NCBI GenBank assembly: GCA_964016885.1
Contig: OZ024743.1
Location: forward strand, 323,206,001-323,270,000
Direction: 5' to 3'
Length of the DNA: 64,000 bases
DNA from: Eledone cirrhosa
Lineage: Eukaryota
Shown here: positions 52,701 through 64,000 of the stretch, piece by piece
Position numbering within the stretch: position 1 is the first letter of the stretch
Layout: the number at the start of each line of letters is the position of its first letter
Notes under the pieces: generated by a model
Told to the model about the DNA's origin: nothing
Databases searched by the model: none
Seen by the model: the letters and a program-made list of their open reading frames with translations, nothing else
Made by a program: the position numbers and the translations under genes

Positions 52701-55700
52701 CTTACTGTATATTACCTCACTCCTGACTCCTTACTGTATATTACCTCACCCCTGACTACCTACTGTATATTACCTCACCCCTGACTCCCTACTGTATATT
52801 AACTCACTCCTGACTCCCTACTGTATATTACCTCACTCCTGACTCCTTACTGTACATTACCTCACTCCTGACTCCTTACTGTACATTACCTCACTCCTGA
52901 CTCCCTACTCTATATTACCTCACCCCTGACTCCCTACTGTATATTACCTCACCCCTGACTCCCTACTGTATATTACCTCGCCTCTGACTCCCTACTGCAT
53001 ATTACCTCACCTCTGACTCCCTACTGCATATTACCTCACTCCTGACTCGCTACTGTATATTACCTCACTCTTGACTCGCTACTGTATATTACCTCACCCC
53101 TGACTCGCTACTGTATATTACCTCACCCTTGACTCCCTACTGTATATTACCTCACCCCTGACTCCCTACTGTATATTACCTCACCCCTGACTCCCTACTG
53201 TATATTACCTCACCCCTCACTCCCTACTGTATATTACCTCACCCCTCACTCCCTATTGTATATTACCTCACCTTCTGACTCCCTACTGTATATTACCTCA
53301 CCCCTCACTCCTTACTGTATATTACCTCACCCCTGACTACCTACTCTATATTACCTCACCCCGTGACTCAATACTCTATATTACCTTACCACTGACTCCC
53401 TACTGTATATTACCTTACCACTGACTCCCTACTGTATATTACCTTACCACTGACTCCCTACTGTATATTACCTTACCACTGACTCCCTACTGCATATTAC
53501 CTCACTCCCTACTGTATATTACCTCACTCCTGACGCCCTACTGTATATTACCTCACTCCTGACTCCCTACTATATATTACCTCACTCCTGATTCCTTACT
53601 GTATATTACCTCACTCCTGACTCCCTACTATATATTACCTCACTCCTGATTCCTTACTGTATATTACCTCACCCCTGACTCCCTACTGTATATTACCTCA
53701 CCGCTGACGCCCTACTGTATATTACCTCACCCCTGACTCCCTACTGTATATTACCTCACCCCTGACTCCCTACTTTATATTACCTCACTCCTGACTCCTT
53801 ACTGTATATTACCTCACTCCTGACTCCTTACTGTATATTACTTCACTCCTGACTCCTTATTGTATATTACCTCACTCCTGACTCCCTACTGTATATTACC
53901 TCACTCCTTACTCCCTACTGTATATTACCTCACTCCTTACTCCCTACTGTATATTACCTCACTCCTTACTCCCTACTGTATATTACCTCACTCCTGACAC
54001 CCTACTGTATATTACCTCACTCCTGACTCCCTACTGTATATTACCTCACTCCTGACACCCTACTGTATATTACCTCATCCTGATTCCCTACTGTATATTA
54101 CCTCACCCCTGACTCAATACTCTATATTACCTCACCCCTGACTCAATACTCTATATTACCTCACTCCTGACTCCCTACTGTATATTACCTCACTCCTGAC
54201 ACCCTACTGTATATTACCTCACCCTTGACTACCTACTCTATATTACGTCACTCCTGACTACCTACTCTATATTACCTCACTCCTGACTCCCTACTCTATA
54301 TTACCTCACTCCTGACTCCCTACTGTATATTACCTCACTCCTGACTCCCTACTGTATATTACCTCACTCCTGACTCCCTACTGTATATGACCTCACTCCT
54401 GACTCCCTACTGTATATTACCTCACTCCTGACTCCCTACTGTATATTACCTCACTCCTGACTCCTTACTGTATATTACCTCACTCCTGACTCCTTACTGT
54501 ATATTACCTCACCCCTGACTCCCTACTCTATATTACCTTACCCCAACTCCCTACTGTATGTTTCTTTACCCCTGACTCACTACTGTATATTACCTCACAC
54601 CTGACTCCCTACTCTATAGTACCTCACCCCTGACTCCCTACTCTATATTACCTCACCCCTGACTCCCTACTCTATATTACCTCACTCCTGACTCCCTACT
54701 CTATATTACCTGACCCCAGACTCAATACTCTATATTACCTCACCACTGACTCCCTACTGTATATTACCTCACCCCTGACTCCCTACTCTATATTACCTCA
54801 CCCCTGACTCCCTACTCTATATTACCTCACCCCTGACTCCCTACTGTATATTACCTCACTCCTGACTCCCTACTGTATATTACCTCACTCCTGACTCCCT
54901 ACTGTATATTACCTCGATCCTGACTCCTTACTGTATATTACCTCACTCCTGATTCCTTACTGTATGTTACGTCACTCCTGACTCCTTACTGTATATTACC
55001 TCACTCCTGACTCCTTACTGTATATTACCTCACTCCTGACTCCTTACTGTATATTAACTCACTCCTGACTCTTTACTGTATATTACCTCACTCCTGACTC
55101 CTTACTGTATATTACCTCACTCCTGACACCTTACTCTATATTACCTCACCCCTGACTACCTACTCTATATTACCTCACCCCGTGACTCAATACTCTATAT
55201 TACCTCACTCCTGACTCAATACTCTATATTACCTTACTCCTGACTCCCTACTGTATATTACCTTACCACTGACTCCCTACTGTATGTTACTTTACCACTG
55301 ACTCCCTACTGTTTATTACCTCACCCCTGACTCCCTAGTGTATATTACCTCACTCCTGACTCCCTACTGTATATTACCTCACTCCTGACTCCCTACTGTA
55401 TATTACCTCACTCCTGACTCCCTACTGTATGTTACCTCACTCCTGACTCCTTACTGTATATTAACTCACTCCTGACTCTTTACTGTATATTACCTCACTC
55501 CTGACTCCTTACTGTATATTACCTCACTCCTGACACCTTACTGTATATTACCTCACCCCTGACTACCTACTCTATATTACCTCACCCCTTGACTCAATAC
55601 TCTATATTACCTCACTCCTGACTCAATACTCTATATTACCTTACTCCTGACTCCCTACTGTATATTACCTTACCACTGACTCCCTACTGTATGTTACCTT

Positions 55701-58700
55701 ACCCCTGACTCCCTACTGTATATTACCTCACTCCTGACTCCCTACTGTATATTACCTCACTCCTGACTCCCTACTGTATATTACCTCACTCCTGACTCCC
55801 TACTGTATATTACCTCACTCCTGACTCCCTACTGTATGTTACCTCACTCCTGACTCCCTACTGTATATTACCTCACCCCTGACTCCCTACTGCATATTAC
55901 CTCACCTCTGACTCCCTACTGTATGTTACCTTACCACTGACTCCCTACTGTTTATTACCTCACCCCTGACTCCCTACTGTATATTACCTCACTCCTGACT
56001 CCCTACTGTATATTACCTCACTCCTGACTCCCTACTGTATATTACCTCACTCCTGACTCCCTACTGTATATTACCTCACTCCTGACTCCCTACTGTATAT
56101 TACCTCACTCCTGACTCCCTACTGTATGTTACCTCACTCCTGACTCCCTACTGTATATTACCTCACCCCGTGACTCAATACTCTATATTACCTCACCCCG
56201 TGACTCAATACTCTATATTACCTTACCACTGACTCCCTACTGTATATTACCTTACCACTGACTCCCTACTGTATATTACCTTACCACTGACTCCCTACTG
56301 TATATTACCTTACCACTGACTCCCTACTGCATATTACCTCACTCCCTACTGTATATTACCTCACTCCTGACGCCCTACTGTATATTACCTCACTCCTGAC
56401 TCCCTACTATATATTACCTCACTCCTGATTCCTTACTGTATATTACCTCACTCCTGACTCCCTACTATATATTACCTCACTCCTGATTCCTTACTGTATA
56501 TTACCTCACCCCTGACTCCCTACTGTATATTACCTCACCGCTGACGCCCTACTGTATATTACCTCACCCCTGACTCCCTACTGTATATTACCTCACCCCT
56601 GACTCCCTACTTTATATTACCTCACTCCTGACTCCTTACTGTATATTACCTCACTCCTGACTCCTTACTGTATATTACTTCACTCCTGACTCCTTATTGT
56701 ATATTACCTCACTCCTGACTCCCTACTGTATATTACCTCACTCCTTACTCCCTACTGTATATTACCTCACTCCTTACTCCCTACTGTATATTACCTCACT
56801 CCTGACACCCTACTGTATATTACCTCACTCCTGACTCCCTACTGTATATTACCTCACTCCTGACACCCTACTGTATATTACCTCATCCTGATTCCCTACT
56901 GTATATTACCTCACCCCTGACTCAATACTCTATATTACCTCACCCCTGACTCAATACTCTATATTACCTCACTCCTGACTCCCTACTGTATATTACCTCA
57001 CTCCTGACTCCCTACTGTATATTACCTCACCCTTGACTACCTACTCTATATTACGTCACTCCTGACTACCTACTCTATATTACCTCACTCCTGACTCCCT
57101 ACTCTATATTACCTCACTCCTGACTCCCTACTGTATATTACCTCACTCCTGACTCCCTACTGTATATTACCTCACTCCTGACTCCCTACTGTATATTACC
57201 TCACTCCTGACGCCCTACTATATATTACCTCACTCCTGACTCCTTACTGTATATTACCTCACTCCTGACTCCTTACTGTATATTACCTCACCCCTGACTC
57301 CCTACTCTATATTACCTTACCCCAACTCCCTACTGTATGTTTCTTTACCCCTGACTCACTACTGTATATTACCTCACACCTGACTCCCTACTCTATAGTA
57401 CCTCCCCCCTGACTCCCTACTCTATATTACCTCACCCCTGACTCCCTACTCTATATTACCTCACTCCTGACTCCCTACTCTATATTACCTGACCCCAGAC
57501 TCAATACTCTATATTACCTCACCACTGACTCCCTACTGTATATTACCTCACCCCTGACTCCCTACTCTATATTACCTCACCCCTGACTCCCTACTCTATA
57601 TTACCTCACCCCTGACTCCCTACTGTATATTACCTCACTCCTGACTCCCTACTGTATGTTACGTCACTCCTGACTCCTTACTGTATATTACCTCACTCCT
57701 GATTCCTTACTGTATGTTACGTCACTCCTGACTCCTTACTGTATATTACCTCACTCCTGACTCCTTACTGTATATTACCTCACTCCTGACTCCTTACTGT
57801 ATATTAACTCACTCCTGACTCTTTACTGTATATTACCTCACTCCTGACTCCTTACTGTATATTACCTCACTCCTGACACCTTACTCTATATTACCTCACC
57901 CCTGACTACCTACTCTATATTACCTCACCCCGTGACTCAATACTCTATATTACCTCACTCCTGACTCAATACTCTATATTACCTTACTCCTGACTCCCTA
58001 CTGTATATTACCTTACCACTGACTCCCTACTGTATGTTACCTTACCACTGACTCCCTACTGTTTATTACCTCACCCCTGACTCCCTAGTGTATATTACCT
58101 CACTCCTGACTCCCTACTGTATATTACCTCACTCCTGACTCCCTACTGTATATTACCTCACTCCTGACTCCCTACTGTATGTTACCTCACTCCTGACTCC
58201 CTACTGTATATTACCTCACCCCTGACTCCCTACTGCATATTACCTCACCTCTGACTCCCTACTACATATTACCTCACTCCTGACTCCCTACTGTATATTA
58301 CCTCACCCCTGACTCCCTACTGCATATTACCTCACCTCTGACTCCCTACTGCATATTACCTCACCTCTGACTCCCTACTGTATATTGCCTCACTCCTGAC
58401 TCCCTACTGTATATTACCTCACTCCTGACTCCCTACTGTATATTACCTCACTCCTGACTCCCTACTGTATGTTACCTCACTCCTGACTCCCTACTGTATG
58501 TTACCTCACTCCTGACTCCCTACTGTATGTTACCTCACTCCTGACTCCCTACTGTATATTACCTCACCCCTGACTCCCTACTGCATATTACCTCACCTCT
58601 GACTCCCTACTACATATTACCTCACTCCTGACTCCCTACTGTATATTGCCTCACTCCTGACTCCCTACTGTAGATTACCTCACCCCTGACTCCCTACTGT

Positions 58701-61700
58701 AGATTACCTCACCCCTGACTCCCTACTGTATATTACCTCACCCCTGACTCCCTACTGTATATTACCTCACCCCTGATGCCCTACTGTATATTACCTCACC
58801 CCTGACTTCCTACTGTATATTACCTCACCCCTGACTCCCTACTGTATATTACCTCACCCCTGACTCCCTACTGTATATTACCTCACCCGAGATTCCCTAC
58901 TTTATATTACCTCACTCCTGACTCCTTACTGTATATTACCTCACTCCTGACTCCTTACTGTATATTACCTCACTCCTGACCCCTTACTGTATATTACCTC
59001 ACTCCTGACTCCTTATTGTATATTACCTCACTCCTGACTCCCTACTGTATATTACCTCACTCCGGACTCCCTACTGTATATTACCTCACTCCTGACTCCC
59101 TACTGTATATTACCTCACCCCTGACTACCTACTCTATATTACCTCACTCCTGACTACCTACTCTATATTACCTCACTCCTGACTCCCTACTGTATATTAC
59201 CTCACCCCTGACTACCTACTCTATATTACCTCATCCCTGACTCCCTACTGTGTATTACCTCACCCCTGACTCCCTACTGTATATTACCTCACCCCTGACT
59301 CCCTACTGTATATTACCTCACCCCTGACTCCCTACTGTATATTAACTCACCCCTGACTCCCTACTCTATATTACCTTACTCCTGCCTCCCTACTGTATAT
59401 TACCTTACCACTGACTCCCTACTCTATATTACCTCACCCCTGACTCCCTACTCTATATTACCTCAGCCCTGACACCCTACTGTATATTACCTCAGCCTTG
59501 ACTCCCTACTGTATATTACCTCTCCCCTGACTCCCTACTGTATATTACCTCTCCCCTGACTCCTTACTGTATATTACATCACTCCTGACTCCTTACTGTA
59601 TATTACCTCACCCCTGACTCAATACTCTATATTACGTCACTCCTGACTACCTACTCTATATTACCTCACTCCTGACTCCCTACTCTATATTACCTCACTC
59701 CTGACTCCCTACTGTATATTACCTCACCCCTGACTCCTTACTGTATATTACCTCACCCCTGACTCCCTACTCTATATTACCTCACTCCTGACTACCTACT
59801 CTATATTACCTCACTCCTGACTCCCTACTGTATATTACCTCACTCCTGACTCCCTACTGTATATTACCTCACTCCTGACTCCCTACTATATATTACCTCA
59901 CTCCTGACTCCGTACTGTATATTACCTCACTCCTGACTCCTTACTGTATATTACCTCACTCCTGACTCCTTACTGTATATTACCTCACCCCTGACTACCT
60001 ACTGTATATTACCTCACCCCTGACTCCCTACTGTATATTAACTCACTCCTGACTCCCTACTGTATATTACCTCACTCCTGACTCCTTACTGTACATTACC
60101 TCACTCCTGACTCCCTACTCTATATTACCTCACCCCTGACTCCCTACTGTATATTACCTCACCCCTGACTCCCTACTGTATATTACCTCGCCTCTGACTC
60201 CCTACTGCATATTACCTCACCTCTGACTCCCTACTGCATATTACCTCACTCCTGACTCGCTACTGTATATTACCTCACTCCTGACTCGCTACTGTATATT
60301 ACCTCACCCCTGAGTCGCTACTGTATATTACCTCACCCTTGACTCCCTACTGTATATTACCTCACCCCTGACTCCCTACTGTATATTACCTCACCCCTCA
60401 CTCCCTACTGTATATTACCTCACCCCTCACTCCCTATTGTATATTACCTCACCTTCTGACTCCCTACTGTATATTACCTCACCCCTCACTCCTTACTGTA
60501 TATTACCTTACTCCTGACTCAATACTCTATATTACCTCACCCCTGACTACCTACTCTATATTACCTCACCCCGTGACTCAATACTCTATATTACCTTACC
60601 ACTGACTCCCTACTGTATATTACCTTACCACTGACTCCCTACTGTATATTACCTTACCACTGACTCCCTACTGTATATTACCTTACCACTGACTCCCTAC
60701 TGCATATTACCTCACTCCCTACTGTATATTACCTCACTCCTGACGCCCTACTGTATGTTACCTCACTCCTGACTCCCTACTATATATTACCTCACTCCTG
60801 ATTCCTTACTGTATATTACCTCACTCCTGACTCCCTACTATATATTACCTCACTCCTGATTCCTTACTGTATATTACCTCACCCCTGACTCCCTACTGTA
60901 TATTACCTCACCGCTGACGCCCTACTGTATATTACCTCACCCCTGACTCCCTACTGTATATTACCTCACCCCTGACTCCCTACTTTATATTACCTCACTC
61001 CTGACTCCTTACTGTATATTACCTCACTCCTGACTCCTTACTGTATATTACTTCACTCCTGACTCCTTATTGTATATTACCTCACTCCTGACTCCCTACT
61101 GTATATTACCTCACTCCTTACTCCCTACTGTATATTACCTCACTCCTTACTCCCTACTGTATATTACCTCACTCCTGACACCCTACTGTATATTACCTCA
61201 CTCCTGACTCCCTACTGTATATTACCTCACTCCTGACACCCTACTGTATATTACCTCATCCTGATTCCCTACTGTATATTACCTCACCCCTGACTCAATA
61301 CTCTATATTACCTCACCCCTGACTCAATACTCTATATTACCTCACTCCTGACTCCCTACTGTATATTACCTCACTCCTGACTCCCTACTGTATATTACCT
61401 CACCCTTGACTACCTACTCTATATTACGTCACTCCTGACTACCTACTCTATATTACCTCACTCCTGACTCCCTACTCTATATTACCTCACTCCTGACTCC
61501 CTACTGTATATTACCTCACTCCTGACTCCCTACTGTATATTACCTCACTCCTGACTCCCTACTGTATATGACCTCACTCCTGACTCCCTACTGTATATTA
61601 CCTCACTCCTGACTCCCTACTGTATATTACCTCACTCCTGACTCCCTACTGTATATTACCTCACTCCTGACGCCCTACTATATATTACCTCACTCCTGAC

Positions 61701-64000
61701 TCCTTACTGTATATTACCTCACTCCTGACTCCTTACTGTATATTACCTCACCCCTGACTCCCTACTCTATATTACCTTACCCCAACTCCCTACTGTATGT
61801 TTCTTTACCCCTGACTCACTACTGTATATTACCTCACACCTGACTCCCTACTCTATAGTACCTCACCCCTGACTCCCTACTCTATATTACCTCACCCCTG
61901 ACTCCCTACTCTATATTACCTCACTCCTGACTCCCTACTCTATATTACCTGACCCCAGACTCAATACTCTATATTACCTCACCACTGACTCCCTACTGTA
62001 TATTACCTCACCCTGACTCCCTACTCTATATTACCTCACCCCTGACTCCCTACTCTATATTACATCACCCCTGACTCCCTACTGTATATTACCTCACTCC
62101 TGACTCCCTACTGTATATTACCTCACTCCTGACTCCCTACTGTATATTACCTCGATCCTGACTCCTTACTGTATATTACCTCACTCCTGATTCCTTACTG
62201 TATGTTACGTCACTCCTGACTCCTTACTGTATATTACCTCACTCCTGACTCCTTACTGTATATTACCTCACTCCTGACTCCTTACTGTATATTAACTCAC
62301 TCCTGACTCTTTACTGTATATTACCTCACTCCTGACTCCTTACTGTATATTACCTCACTCCTGACACCTTACTCTATATTACCTCACCCCTGACTACCTA
62401 CTCTATATTACCTCACACCGTGACTCAATACTCTATATTACCTCACTCCTGACTCAATACTCTATATTACCTTACTCCTGACTCCCTACTGTATATTACC
62501 TTACCACTGACTCCCTACTGTATGTTACCTTACCACTGACTCCCTACTGTTTATTACCTCACCCCTGACTCCCTAGTGTATATTACCTCACTCCTGACTC
62601 CCTACTGTATATTACCTCACTCCTGACTCCCTACTGTATATTACCTCACTCCTGACTCCCTACTGTATGTTACCTCACTCCTGACTCCCTACTGTATATT
62701 ACCTCACCCCTGACTCCCTACTGCATATTACCTCACCTCTGACTCCCTACTACATATTACCTCACTCCTGACTCCCTACTGTATATTACCTCACCCCTGA
62801 CTCCCTACTGCATATTACCTCACCTCTGACTCCCTACTGCATATTACCTCACCTCTGACTCCCTACTGTATATTGCCTCACTCCTGACTCCCTACTGTAT
62901 ATTACCTCACTCCTGACTCCCTACTGTATATTACCTCACTCCTGACTCCCTACTGTATATTACCTCACTCCTGACTCCCTACTGTATGTTACCTCACTCC
63001 TGACTCCCTACTGTATGTTACCTCACTCCTGACTCCCTACTGTATATTACCTCACCCCTGACTCCCTACTGCATATTACCTCACCTCTGACTCCCTACTA
63101 CATATTACCTCACTCCTGACTCCCTACTGTATATTGCCTCACTCCTGACTCCCTACTGTAGATTACCTCACCCCTGACTCCCTACTGTAGATTACCTCAC
63201 CCCTGACTCCCTACTGTATATTACCTCACCCCTGACTCCCTACTGTATATTACCTCACCCCTGATGCCCTACTGTATATTACCTCACCCCTGACTTCCTA
63301 CTGTATATTACCTCACCCCTGACTCCCTACTGTATATTACCTCACCCCTGACTCCCTACTGTATATTACCTCACCCGAGATTCCCTACTTTATATTACCT
63401 CACTCCTGACTCCTTACTGTATATTACCTCACTCCTGACTCCTTATTGTATATTACCTCACTCCTGACTCCCTACTGTATATTACCTCACTCCGGACTCC
63501 CTACTGTATATTACCTCACTCCGGACTCCCTACTGTATATTACCTCACTCCTGACTCCCTACTGTATATTACCTCACCCCTGACTCAATACTCTATATTA
63601 CCTCACTCCTGACTACCTACTCTATATTACCTCACTCCTGACTACCTACTCTATATTACCTCACTCCTGACTCCCTACTGTATATTACCTCACCCCTGAC
63701 TACCTACTCTATATTACCTCACTCCTGACTACCTACTCTATATTACCTCACTCCTGACTCCCTACTGTATATTACCTCACCCCTGACTCCCTACTGTATA
63801 TTACCTCACCCCTGACTCCCTACTGTATATTAACTCACCCCTGACTCCCTACTCTATATTACCTTACTCCTGCCTCCCTACTGTATATTACCTTACCACT
63901 GACTCCCTACTCTATATTACCTCACCCCTGACTCCCTACTCTATATTACCTCAGCCCTGACACCCTACTGTATATTACCTCAGCCTTGACTCCCTACTGT
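31752..64000. repeat. Satellite 2: 29-bp monomer TACTGTATATTACCTCAC(C/T)CCTGACTCCC, roughly 1100 copies, running off the window end
   Basis: Directly visible tandem array with recurring variant monomers. Confidence 0.99.

Noticed and set aside
31752-64000. Telomeric repeat or coding repeat
   Set aside because: The 29-bp unit has no TTAGGG tandem, and stops on both strands cycle through all frames.

Overview
AT-rich eukaryotic genomic DNA, probably octopus or another coleoid cephalopod (inferred from remembered SINE/RTE repeat families, not from a search). The window lies inside one + strand gene encoding a furin/PC5-like subtilisin proprotein convertase. Five coding exons (12828-13040, 14243-14343, 21047-21150, 24037-24154, 29173-29486) splice in phase with canonical AG/GT sites. 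They encode the oxyanion-hole Asn, the catalytic Ser and most of the P domain; upstream and downstream exons lie outside the window. About two thirds of the window is two intronic satellites: a 9.4 kb 25/26/28-bp array (3340-12727) and a >32 kb 29-bp array (31752 to window end) with ~4.4 kb and ~11.6 kb higher-order periods. The introns also hold a near-full-length RTE-type LINE, truncated relatives, tRNA-derived SINEs, a piggyBac remnant with a matching MITE, a Tc2-like MITE and CR1 fragments. The giant ORFs over satellite 1 are artefacts. The most notable observations are a PHD-type zinc finger embedded inside the LINE reverse transcriptase, apparent derivation of satellite 1 from the LINE 3' tail, a candidate in-frame 42-nt cassette exon, and loss of a conserved P-domain cysteine.
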